A DNA stretch of 64,000 nucleotides from Nioella aestuarii (GTDB lineage: Bacteria; Pseudomonadota; Alphaproteobacteria; Rhodobacterales; Rhodobacteraceae), in contig NZ_JBPBBA010000015.1 in the NCBI RefSeq assembly GCF_050896395.1, forward strand, positions 10,104 through 74,103, read 5' to 3'. Under the pieces are notes generated by a model. The model did not search any database, was not told the DNA's origin, and saw nothing but the letters and a program-made list of their open reading frames with translations. The translations under genes and the position numbers were made by a program. Numbering within the stretch: position 1 is the first letter of the stretch; each line of letters opens with the position of its first letter. This document shows, piece after piece, positions 11,106 through 19,527 of this stretch.

Positions 11106-12177
11106 GAAACGACCGTCCCCGTCAAAGGCGTGGACCATGGCGACACCGCTGCTGGCCGTGGTGCTGACCATGATCGCGGGCGGGTTGATGTTTGCCGCAC
11201 TGGGCAAGAACCCGTTCGAGGCGATCCGCATCATCTTCTGGGATCCGCTCTTTCACGAAAGCTTTGCCGCGTATTCGCGGCCCCAGCTTCTGGTCAAGGC
11301 TGGCCCACTGATCCTGATTGCCATCGGCCTGTCCCTCGGCTTCCGGGCCGGGATCTGGAACATCGGGGCCGAGGGTCAGTATATCATGGGCGCCATCGCT
11401 GGTGCGTCTTTCGGGCTCGCCTTCTACCCGTCCGAAAGCCCGCTGATCTTCCCCGGAATGATCATTGCCGGTGCGCTTGGCGGTTGGGCCTGGTCGATGA
11501 TCCCCGCGATCCTCAAGACCCGGTTCCGCACGAACGAGATCCTTGTGTCACTGCTATTGGTCTATGTGGCCGAGAAATTCCTGGCCTCTGCTGCCGTGGG
11601 CTTCCTGCGCAACCCCGAAGGGTCCGGCTTCCCCGGCTCGCGCAACCTCAGCCGCATCGAGTCGATGAACAACCCGGAACTGATCACGGGCACCGGGATG
11701 CATTGGGGTGTGCTATTGGCCTTCATCGCGGTCATTGCCGCCTATGTGCTGCTGAACAAGCACCTACTGGGCTATCAAATCAAGCTGGCCGGACAGGCAC
11801 CGCGCGCAGCCCGCTTTGCCGGGGTGAACCCCAACAGGCTGATCGTGCTGTGCATGGGTGTGTCAGGTGCGCTTGCGGGGCTTGCGGGGCTGTTCGAGGT
11901 GTCCGGCCCTGCCGGTCAGATCAGCATCGACTTCAACGTGGGCTATGGCTTTACCGCGATCATCGTGGCCTTTCTGGGCCGCCTGCATCCCATCGGCATC
12001 CTGCTTGCGGGCCTGCTGATGGCGCTGACCTATATCGGCGGTGAACTGGCGCAGCTGATGCTGGGCATCCCCGCACCGGCAATTCAGGCGTTCCAGGGCA
12101 TGTTGCTGTTCTTCCTGCTGGCCGTCGATGTGTTGTCGAGCTTCCGTATCCGCTTCAAGAAAGAGGGGGTCGCATAA
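11092..12177 (+). CDS. ABC transporter permease (BMP-family system, permease 1)
   Basis: A polytopic membrane protein. ATG at 11092 is preceded by GAGGAGG and overlaps the end of the ATPase gene. The track's 11050 start is an upstream extension. Confidence 0.8.
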   Translation: MLRLEKRPSPSKAWTMATPLLAVVLTMIAGGLMFAALGKNPFEAIRIIFWDPLFHESFAAYSRPQLLVKAGPLILIAIGLSLGFRAGIWNIGAEGQYIMGAIAGASFGLAFYPSESPLIFPGMIIAGALGGWAWSMIPAILKTRFRTNEILVSLLLVYVAEKFLASAAVGFLRNPEGSGFPGSRNLSRIESMNNPELITGTGMHWGVLLAFIAVIAAYVLLNKHLLGYQIKLAGQAPRAARFAGVNPNRLIVLCMGVSGALAGLAGLFEVSGPAGQISIDFNVGYGFTAIIVAFLGRLHPIGILLAGLLMALTYIGGELAQLMLGIPAPAIQAFQGMLLFFLLAVDVLSSFRIRFKKEGVA

Positions 12178-13100
12178 TGGGTATCGATCCAGTCACCCTG
12201 ATCGTTGCACTGATCACCGTTTCCACCCCCGTGCTGCTGGCCGCGATCGGAGAGCTCGTCGTCGAAAAGACCGGCGTTCTGAACCTAGGGGTCGAGGGCA
12301 TGATGGTGACTGGCGCCGTCATGGGCTTTGTGGTTGCCGTCAATACCGGCTCACCAACGCTTGGCTTTCTTGCCGGGATGGCCAGCGGCGTTGCGCTATC
12401 CCTGATTTTCGGGGTCCTGACCCAATTGCTGCTGTCCAACCAGGTTGCGACGGGGCTTGCTCTAACCTTGTTCGGGCTTGGCCTGTCTGCCCTTCTGGGT
12501 GTTGGCTATCCTGGATCGACGCCGCCGGTCGTGACCGACCCGTTCCCGGCCGCGATGGCCGAGATCCCGGTAATCGGTCCGATCCTATTCGGCCATTCGA
12601 TGATCACCTATCTTTCCGTCCTGCTGGTTGCAGCGGTTTGGTATGTGCTTGGCTACACCAAGATGGGCCTGATCATCCGTGCCGTGGGCGAAAACCATGA
12701 CGCCGCCCATGCGCTTGGCTACAAGGTGATCCGCATCCGCCTTATGGCAATCATGTTTGGCGGGGCCTGCGCAGGCCTTGGCGGCGCGTTCCTGTCGGTG
12801 GTGCGGGTTCAGAACTGGGTCGACGGGATGACCGCTGGCGCAGGTTGGATCGCGCTGGCACTGGTTGTTTTCGCCAGCTGGAAACCCTGGCGCGCGCTGC
12901 TTGGTGCCTACCTCTTCGGTGGCGTAACAGCGCTGCAACTGCGCCTGCAGGCAGCTGGCATCGACATCCCGGTCGAGATCCTTGCGATGTCGCCCTATGT
13001 CATCACCATCGTAGTTCTTGTAATCATGTCCTCGGATAAAAGCCGTGCTGCATTGAATGCGCCCGCCGCTCTTGGCAAGGTGTTCCATGCAACCGGCTAG
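12177..13100 (+). CDS. ABC transporter permease (BMP-family system, permease 2)
   Basis: A 307-aa polytopic membrane protein. Its start overlaps the previous stop by 1 nt (TAATG). Confidence 0.8.
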   Translation: MGIDPVTLIVALITVSTPVLLAAIGELVVEKTGVLNLGVEGMMVTGAVMGFVVAVNTGSPTLGFLAGMASGVALSLIFGVLTQLLLSNQVATGLALTLFGLGLSALLGVGYPGSTPPVVTDPFPAAMAEIPVIGPILFGHSMITYLSVLLVAAVWYVLGYTKMGLIIRAVGENHDAAHALGYKVIRIRLMAIMFGGACAGLGGAFLSVVRVQNWVDGMTAGAGWIALALVVFASWKPWRALLGAYLFGGVTALQLRLQAAGIDIPVEILAMSPYVITIVVLVIMSSDKSRAALNAPAALGKVFHATG

Positions 13101-13108
13101 GAGGGCAC

Positions 13109-13870
13109 ATGACTCGCAGCGAGATCCTGCAGGCAATGGATGGAACGCACCCGAAGATTGGTCGGGGCATTGCGTTCACCCTGCAGCTTCTGATCATCGT
13201 ATCGGCCTTCGCCATCGCGCTCGAAACGTTGCAAGATCTGCCGCCTACAGTGCGGCAGGTGCTTGTGGTGGTGGAATACGGTGTGCTGGCCATCTTCACA
13301 GTGGAATATCTTTTACGCTTGGCCTGCTCTCGCAAACCGTGGCACTACGCGGTCAGCTTTTGGGGAATCGTGGATTTTCTGGCGATCGTGCCCGCGATCC
13401 TCTTCCTGGTGCCCGACGCCCAGTCCATCCGCTCGCTGCGCCTGCTGCGGCTCATTCGCCTGCTGAAGCTCTTTCATGCCAGCCATGCGCTGGACAGGCT
13501 CGCTCGCGCTTTCCAGAAGAACCGGAACGAGCTGTGGATCTTCAGCTTCATCGCTCTCGTCGTGCTCTATCTCTCGGCCGTGGGCATCTATCATTTCGAG
13601 CATCAGGCGCAGCCCGATTCCTTCGGCTCGATTCCCGCCTGCCTGTGGTGGTCCCTGGCGACGCTGACAACCGTGGGATATGGCGACGTATATCCCATCA
13701 CACTGGGGGGACGGGCCTTTACTGGCATGGTGCTTCTGGTCGGGCTTGGGGTGATCGCAGTGCCCGCCGGCCTGATCACCAGTGCCCTGCTGGCGAGCGA
13801 TATTGAGGATCCGATAACGGACCTCGATCTTGAAACAGACTACAAAACAGACACCAACAAGGAGACGTAA
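13109..13870 (+). CDS. Voltage-gated K+ channel homologue (6TM, Kv/KvAP-like)
   Basis: Six hydrophobic segments. S4 has a basic residue at every third position (RSLRLLRLIRLLK). There is a pore helix and the K+ selectivity filter TTVGYGD. GGAGG lies 8 nt upstream of the ATG, 8 nt after the permease stop. The stop codon TAA sits 2 nt before the next ATG. Confidence 0.8.
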   Translation: MTRSEILQAMDGTHPKIGRGIAFTLQLLIIVSAFAIALETLQDLPPTVRQVLVVVEYGVLAIFTVEYLLRLACSRKPWHYAVSFWGIVDFLAIVPAILFLVPDAQSIRSLRLLRLIRLLKLFHASHALDRLARAFQKNRNELWIFSFIALVVLYLSAVGIYHFEHQAQPDSFGSIPACLWWSLATLTTVGYGDVYPITLGGRAFTGMVLLVGLGVIAVPAGLITSALLASDIEDPITDLDLETDYKTDTNKET

Positions 13871-13872
13871 GA

Positions 13873-14952
13873 ATGAAAACACTCACCAAGTTCATGGCCG
13901 TCAGCGCACTGGCGCTTGGCCTTGCCGCACCGGCAGCGGCGCAGGACGACCCGACGCAGGTCGGCTTCGTCTATGTCGGCTCCATCGGCGACCTGGGATG
14001 GACCTACGAACATGACCGCGCCCGTCTTGCCGTGGAAGAGCATTTCGGCGATGCCGTCGAGACCACCTATGTGGAAAACGTGCCGGAAGGTGCCGATGCG
14101 GAACGCGTGCTGACCCAGATGGCGCTGTCAGGTGCAGACCTGATCTTCACCACCTCGTTTGGCTACATGGACCCCACCAACGCAGTGGCAGAGCGCTTCC
14201 CGAACGTGCGCTTCGAGCACGCCACCGGCTATCGTCGCGACCATCCGAACGTATCGACCTATTCGGCCCGCTTCTATGAAGGCCGCGCCGTGATGGGCCA
14301 TATCGCCGGTCACATGACCGAGTCCAACATCGTCGGCTACATCGCCTCCTACCCGATCCCGGAAGTGATCCGCGGCATCAACTCGGCCTTCATTCACGCG
14401 CGTGAAGTGAACCCCGATGTCGAGTTCCGCATCGTTTGGGCCTACACTTGGTTCGACCCGGCCGTCGAGGCCGAGGCCGCGCAGGCGCTGATCGACCAGG
14501 GCGCCGACGTGATCATGCAGCACACCGACTCCACCGCACCCATGACGGTTCTTGCAGAAGCCGGCGCCATCGGCTTTGGCCAGGCGTCTGACATGTATCA
14601 GTTTGCACCCGCTCCGCGCGTCTCGGCCATCATTGATGACTGGGCCCCCTACTACATCGCCCGGACCCAGGCCGTGATTGACGGCACCTGGGAAAGCACC
14701 GACACCTGGGACGGCATCGGGCCGGGCATGGTCGGCATCGGTGAGATCACCGACGCTGTTCCGGAAGAGGTCCGCGCCACTGCTCAGGCCATGGTCGAGG
14801 CCATCGCCTCTGGCGAGTACCACCCCTTCACCGGCCCGCTGAACCGTCAGGACGGCTCCGCGTGGCTGGCAGAGGGCGAAGTGGCCGATGACGGCACGCT
14901 GGCTGGCATGAACTTCTACGTGGAAGGCATCGTTGGCGACGTGCCGAACTGA
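13873..14952 (+). CDS. BMP-family ABC transporter substrate-binding lipoprotein (purine nucleoside-binding type)
   Basis: Has a signal peptide (MKTLTKFMAVSALALGLAAPAAAQ), AAGGAG upstream, and a Bmp/PnrA-like sequence (GFVYVGSIGDLGW..., IMQHTDS). Confidence 0.85.
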   Translation: MKTLTKFMAVSALALGLAAPAAAQDDPTQVGFVYVGSIGDLGWTYEHDRARLAVEEHFGDAVETTYVENVPEGADAERVLTQMALSGADLIFTTSFGYMDPTNAVAERFPNVRFEHATGYRRDHPNVSTYSARFYEGRAVMGHIAGHMTESNIVGYIASYPIPEVIRGINSAFIHAREVNPDVEFRIVWAYTWFDPAVEAEAAQALIDQGADVIMQHTDSTAPMTVLAEAGAIGFGQASDMYQFAPAPRVSAIIDDWAPYYIARTQAVIDGTWESTDTWDGIGPGMVGIGEITDAVPEEVRATAQAMVEAIASGEYHPFTGPLNRQDGSAWLAEGEVADDGTLAGMNFYVEGIVGDVPN

Positions 14953-14972
14953 TCGCCGCCACCTGATCACCG

Positions 14973-15002
14973 AAAGGCCCGCCCCACCCGGCGGGCCTTT
15001 TT
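14973..15002. terminator. Rho-independent terminator between the convergent BMP-family binding-protein gene and the NQO-like gene
   Basis: GGCCCGCC-CCACC-CGGCGGGCC hairpin followed by TTTTT. Confidence 0.7.
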
Positions 15003-15008
15003 CCTGGG

Positions 15009-15773
15009 CTACGGCCGGTGCCGGATAAAGGGCGAATGGCTGGGACTGTCCGGTTTCAATCGCCCGTCAGCGTCAAAATCCGCGTCCGCGTTGAACGCGA
15101 TCTCGGGCCGCTTTTCCAGCCCGGCAATCAGGTCCGCCTGACCATCCAGAACCGCGCCAAGCCGTGCCCGCAACGCCTGCTCCTCCACACCTTCAAAATA
15201 GCCATGCACCCCATGCACGGCTTCGGGCTGAAGAACGGTGAACCCCAGATAGCGCAGCGTCTGCGCCATCGGCCACAGCAACAGGTGGATATCGCCTTCT
15301 TTCCCGTCATGGCCGCTTTCCGCAGCACTCGCCCCGGTGGTCACGCAGAACAAGGCCCGCTTGCCCCGGAACATCCCGGTGTCAAAGCGCTGATCGACCG
15401 TATGCAATCGCCCGTGCAACAACACCCGGTCGAACCACCCCTTCAACACCGCTGGCGGCGCGAACCACCAGATAGGGAAGTGCAAGATCACCAGATCGGC
15501 GCGTGTCAGCTTTCCGATTTCTGCCGCTACATCCGCAGGGATCGTTCCCGCCCCGGCAGCTTCCTCCTGTGCTTTCAGCGGGTCAAACGCGCGGTCCTCC
15601 GCATATGTCGGAAAGTGCCGCCGCCCCTCAACCGCATCAAAACCCATGGCACACAGATCGCTGACCAGCACCTCATGGCCCAGTTTCCGGCAGGCCCGCG
15701 CGCTGGCCTCGGCCCAGGCCCCGTTGAAAGACCCAGGATCCGGATGCGCCAAAACGATCAAAGTGGTGGTCAT
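15009..15773 (-). CDS. NAD(P)H:quinone oxidoreductase-like flavoprotein (flavodoxin-like fold, NQO1/MdaB family)
   Basis: The likely start is MTTTLIVLAHPDPGSFNGAW at 15773; the track ORF extends further upstream to 15968. Contains the HFPIWWF motif typical of Flavodoxin_2 proteins. Confidence 0.75.
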   Translation of the reverse strand: MTTTLIVLAHPDPGSFNGAWAEASARACRKLGHEVLVSDLCAMGFDAVEGRRHFPTYAEDRAFDPLKAQEEAAGAGTIPADVAAEIGKLTRADLVILHFPIWWFAPPAVLKGWFDRVLLHGRLHTVDQRFDTGMFRGKRALFCVTTGASAAESGHDGKEGDIHLLLWPMAQTLRYLGFTVLQPEAVHGVHGYFEGVEEQALRARLGAVLDGQADLIAGLEKRPEIAFNADADFDADGRLKPDSPSHSPFIRHRP

Positions 15774-15888
15774 GGTCTGCCCCTGGCCCGCGCGGTTTCC
15801 CGAGAACTTATCCCGGCACAGACGTTGATGACAGCCCCCCCCACATCTGCCCCTTGCCTGCCCCGCTGGTCCATGCCACCCATTCGCC

Positions 15889-16971
15889 ATGACATATGAT
15901 TTCCTCATCATCGGCGGCGGCATCGCCGGAACATCAGCGGGCGGGCGCCTGTCGCATCTGGGCAGCACCCTGTTGCTGGAGGCCGAAACCAGCCTCGCCT
16001 ATCACGCTTCGGGCCGCTCGGCGGCGCTGTTCGAGTCGCAATACGGCCTGCCTGCCACGGTTCAGTTGAATCTTGCCTCGCGCGACTATCATATGACCGC
16101 CAATGGCGGCGTGCTCAGCCCACGTGGTCTCATGTTTCTGGCCGGTCCGGGCGAGGTGAACACGCTGGCCCATGATATCGACGATATGGGCCTGCACCCG
16201 ATCAGCATAGACGAGGCCATGGCGCTTGTTCCCGCGCTCAACCGCGATCATCTGCGTGGCGCGGCCCATCATGACGAGGCCTGGGATCTGGATACCGATC
16301 TGCTGATCGGCAATTTCGTCAAGGAAATGCGTGGCAATGGTGGCACGGTGAAGACCGGCCAAAGGGTCGATGCGATATCGCGCGCGCACGGTCTGTGGCA
16401 GGTCAGCGCCAGGGGCGAAACATACGAGGCCCGGCAACTGGTGAACGCCGCCGGGGCCTGGGTCGACATCATCGCCAAGATGGCCGGGATCAAGCCGATT
16501 GGCATCAGTCCCCTGCGCCGATCCATGGCGCGGATGCCTGCACCCGGCGGCTATGATCCTTCGGGCTGGCCGATGCTGATCGGCGCCGGTGAAACCTGGT
16601 ACGCCAAGCCCGACGCGGGCAAATGGATCGTGTCGCCCGCCGAACAGGACCCCGTGGATGAACCCCATGATGCCTGGGCCGATGACATGGTGCTGGCCGA
16701 GGGCATTGCCCGCTATCAGCCCTTTGTGACCGAGGAAGTGACGCGCGTCGAAACCACCTGGGCGGGGCTGCGCAGCTTCGCCCCTGACCGGACATTGGTT
16801 CTGGGCCGCGATATGCGAGAGCCTGATTTCATCTGGTGCGCCGGGCAAGGCGGCTATGGATTTCAGACGGCACCAGCCGCCAGCCAGTTGCTGGCCGATG
16901 TGGTGGCGGGTCGCTCACCTGAACTTGATGCCTCCACGGTCGCAGCACTCAGCCCAGCGCGCTTCGGATGA
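15889..16971 (+). CDS. FAD-dependent oxidoreductase (DAO / glycine oxidase-like family)
   Basis: N-terminal Rossmann dinucleotide motif DFLIIGGGIAGTSAG. A 360-aa ORF. The stop overlaps the next start (ATGA). Confidence 0.8.
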   Translation: MTYDFLIIGGGIAGTSAGGRLSHLGSTLLLEAETSLAYHASGRSAALFESQYGLPATVQLNLASRDYHMTANGGVLSPRGLMFLAGPGEVNTLAHDIDDMGLHPISIDEAMALVPALNRDHLRGAAHHDEAWDLDTDLLIGNFVKEMRGNGGTVKTGQRVDAISRAHGLWQVSARGETYEARQLVNAAGAWVDIIAKMAGIKPIGISPLRRSMARMPAPGGYDPSGWPMLIGAGETWYAKPDAGKWIVSPAEQDPVDEPHDAWADDMVLAEGIARYQPFVTEEVTRVETTWAGLRSFAPDRTLVLGRDMREPDFIWCAGQGGYGFQTAPAASQLLADVVAGRSPELDASTVAALSPARFG

Positions 16972-17606
16972 CCCGCAGGCTGAACCTGCCCGAAGCCCCC
17001 GGGTCGGGTGGCGACCGGCGCATGTTCGCCCCATCTGCCCGGCGCAACATGGCCCCTATACTGGAGGTGCTGCGCGCCCATGCCCCCACCAAGGGCCGCG
17101 CGCTGGAAATCGCGGCGGGTACAGGCGAACACGCGGTAGCCTTTTCCCGCGCCTTTCCAGGGCTGGACTGGCAACCCACGGATGTGGACCCGGACCGTCT
17201 GGCCTCGATTGAGGCGTGGAGGCGGGCCGAAGGCCCCGACAATATGCGCGCACCAATCGAACTGAACGCGGTCACCCCCAACTGGCACGAAACCCATGGC
17301 CCCGCCGACATGATCCTGCTGGTGAACCTGCTGCACCTGATCTCGGAGGCCGAGGCAAGGGCCGTTCTGGCTGGCATCACTCAGGCCCTGGCCCCCGGCG
17401 GCAAAGCCTTCCTCTACGGCCCCTTCCTGCGCAATGGCGAAGCGACCAGCGAGGGCGACGCTGCCTTCCATGCCAGCCTGCAAGCACAGGACTCTGCCAT
17501 CGGCTATAAGGATATCGCCTGGGTGAGCGACCGGCTGGCGCCGATGCAAACCGAAACCACCCCGATGCCCTCCAACAACCTCATGGTAATTGTCAACGCC
17601 AATTGA
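16968..17606 (+). CDS. DUF938-like protein (class I SAM-methyltransferase-like fold)
   Basis: A 212-aa ORF, translationally coupled to the upstream oxidoreductase. It has an LEIAAGTGEHA glycine-rich SAM-binding-like motif. The family assignment is from memory. Confidence 0.55.
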   Translation: MTRRLNLPEAPGSGGDRRMFAPSARRNMAPILEVLRAHAPTKGRALEIAAGTGEHAVAFSRAFPGLDWQPTDVDPDRLASIEAWRRAEGPDNMRAPIELNAVTPNWHETHGPADMILLVNLLHLISEAEARAVLAGITQALAPGGKAFLYGPFLRNGEATSEGDAAFHASLQAQDSAIGYKDIAWVSDRLAPMQTETTPMPSNNLMVIVNAN

Positions 17607-17671
17607 TCCCGATCAAGGCGTGGCCCCTGCCGACCTGCTCTGACGGGTCGAACCCAAAGCAGGAGACCCAG

Positions 17672-18031
17672 ATGAGCTGGATGGACAAACGCGATGAGAT
17701 GCGCGGGCAGTTGCGCAAGCTGAACAAGGCGATACCCGAAGTCACCAAGGCTTTTGCGGGCGTCAGCGCGGCGGTGAAGACCGACGGCGCGCTTGATGTG
17801 AAAACCAAGGAACTGATCGCCGTGGCCATTGCCGTCGCCGACAGCTGCGAACCGTGCATGAATTTCCACATCGAGGTGCTGATCCGCGCCGGTGGCAGCC
17901 GCGAGGAATTGGCTGAAGCGCTCGGGATGGCTGTGCAAATGGGCGGCGGCCCGGCCCTGATGTACGCGGCCAAGGCGATGGATGCCTATGACGAGCTGCA
18001 GGCAGCCCTGTCTCCCACGGCGGCTGAGTAG
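17672..18031 (+). CDS. Carboxymuconolactone decarboxylase / AhpD-like family protein
   Basis: The ATG at 17672 is preceded by AGGAGA. It carries the CxxC-like CEPCMNFH motif typical of AhpD-fold proteins. Confidence 0.7.
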   Translation: MSWMDKRDEMRGQLRKLNKAIPEVTKAFAGVSAAVKTDGALDVKTKELIAVAIAVADSCEPCMNFHIEVLIRAGGSREELAEALGMAVQMGGGPALMYAAKAMDAYDELQAALSPTAAE

Positions 18032-18133
18032 CCCCGATCCGCCGGTCTTATGCCTGATCCTCGAATCGGCTTTCCCGGCCGGGGCTTCTGTGTTGACCTG
18101 TCCCGGTCACGGAATTTGAGAAGGGACATTACA

Positions 18134-18730
18134 ATGTCGATCATGCGATTGCTGCAACAGGCGCAGGGCGGTCAGGGGCTGGGGCAACTGGCCTCTCAGC
18201 TTGGACTGGATGATGCGCAGGCCGAAAGTCTGACGTCGCTTCTGGCCCCGGCCATCGGATCGGCCGCGCGCCAGCGGGCGGAAAGCGGCGGGCTTGGCGA
18301 CGTTCTTGCCCGGTTACGCGGTGAAGATCAGGCAGGGCTCTTCGACGATGCCGAGGCAGCGGCAAGTTCAGACGGTCAGGCGCAAGGGCGCGATTTCCTG
18401 TCTGCACTTCTGGGCGGGCAAGAGGCCGCTGACGGTTTGGCAGAAGAAGCCGCTGCGCGCTCTGGCGTGGACCGCGACCTTGTCAGCCAGTTCCTGCCAG
18501 CGCTGGCGGCGATGGCCCAGGGTGGACTGCAACGACAGATGCCAGACGACCAGATCGAAGCCGCCGAGCAAGAGGCACAAGGCGGCGGGCTGGCTGGAAT
18601 GATCGGCGGTTTGCTTGGCGGCGGCGGTCAGCGCGGCGGCGGCGGGCTTGGTATGTTGAACGACCTGCTGGACGCCGATGGCGACGGGTCTGCCATGGAC
18701 GATGTTCTGGGCCGTTTCCTAAGGCGCTAA
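18134..18730 (+). CDS. Gly/Ala/Gln-rich DUF937-like protein
   Basis: Begins with ATG at 18134 (MSIMRLLQQAQGG...). The sequence is low-complexity and glycine-rich (GGLLGGGGQRGGGGLG). Confidence 0.5.
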   Translation: MSIMRLLQQAQGGQGLGQLASQLGLDDAQAESLTSLLAPAIGSAARQRAESGGLGDVLARLRGEDQAGLFDDAEAAASSDGQAQGRDFLSALLGGQEAADGLAEEAAARSGVDRDLVSQFLPALAAMAQGGLQRQMPDDQIEAAEQEAQGGGLAGMIGGLLGGGGQRGGGGLGMLNDLLDADGDGSAMDDVLGRFLRR

Positions 18731-18855
18731 GGGGTTTCGCTGCGCACTGCACCTGCGCAGCGACCCACAGGGCCCGTTCCGGGTCATTCAATATCCCATT
18801 GCGTCCGCACAGCACCCCAAGCGCAGACCCCGGCCCCTCGTCAGTTCAGAGCGGG

Positions 18856-19254
18856 TCAAGCCAGCACCAGGGCCAGGCATGACCCTGCGCAAAGCAGCGC
18901 CAGCGGCACACCGTGCAACCTTTCCAACCCTTTCGCACCGAATAGATTGGCCAATACGCTAAGCCCGAACAGGGCCACAAGAACCCAAAGGATTGGGCGC
19001 AACCAACCGCCGGGCAATAGCGGGGAAATCATCCCCCCAGACTGCGCGACTGTGATCAAGGCAAGCACCGCAACCAAGGCTGAAACAGCACTGGCCACCC
19101 GCAATTGCGTTGGCAGCGTTCGATGAACACCTCCCCAGGCCAACCGCCCGAGAGGCGCCCCCGCGGCAAGGACAACCTGAAACAACGTCAGCCAAGCGAA
19201 GGCCAAAACCCCGATCATCGCAGCTGTCATTTCCAGTCTTTCCTCCTGTCCCAA
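18856..19254 (-). CDS. Small hypothetical integral membrane protein (3-4 TM). The start may be at 19230.
   Basis: Hydrophobic throughout. No recognisable family. Confidence 0.4.
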   Translation of the reverse strand: MGQEERLEMTAAMIGVLAFAWLTLFQVVLAAGAPLGRLAWGGVHRTLPTQLRVASAVSALVAVLALITVAQSGGMISPLLPGGWLRPILWVLVALFGLSVLANLFGAKGLERLHGVPLALLCAGSCLALVLA

Positions 19255-19288
19255 TGATCAACTGATCCCTCGGCTGACCCTCTCACAA

Positions 19289-19304
19289 TGCGGACATGTC
19301 CGCA
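19289..19304. promoter_or_regulatory. Perfect 16-bp palindrome TGCGGACATGTCCGCA upstream of the small membrane-protein gene
   Basis: Exact dyad symmetry. It lies 35-50 nt upstream of the candidate start codons. Confidence 0.3.
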
Positions 19305-19378
19305 GCCGGAAAATCCGTTTATGCCTCGATGCTCCGGCATCAGCGCCCAATCCGTGCCCAATCGTGTCGCAAGGTATC

Positions 19379-19410
19379 AAAAAAAGGCCCGCCAGATCGG
19401 CGGACCTTTT
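19379..19410 (-). terminator. Rho-independent terminator of the dimethylglycine-dehydrogenase-family gene
   Basis: On the minus strand, a GGTCCGCCG-ATCT-GGCGGGCC hairpin is followed by TTTTTTT. It lies about 120 nt past the stop at 19528. Confidence 0.7.
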
Positions 19411-19527
19411 CAATTACTGCCCCAGCTCTGGACGGTTAACCATTTGCGCGCCCTTGAGGCCCGATCTGAACGGGGGGCACAGAGGGTGTTCGCCCGGTGT
19501 ACGGGCGGCACCCCCGGATAACGCGGC

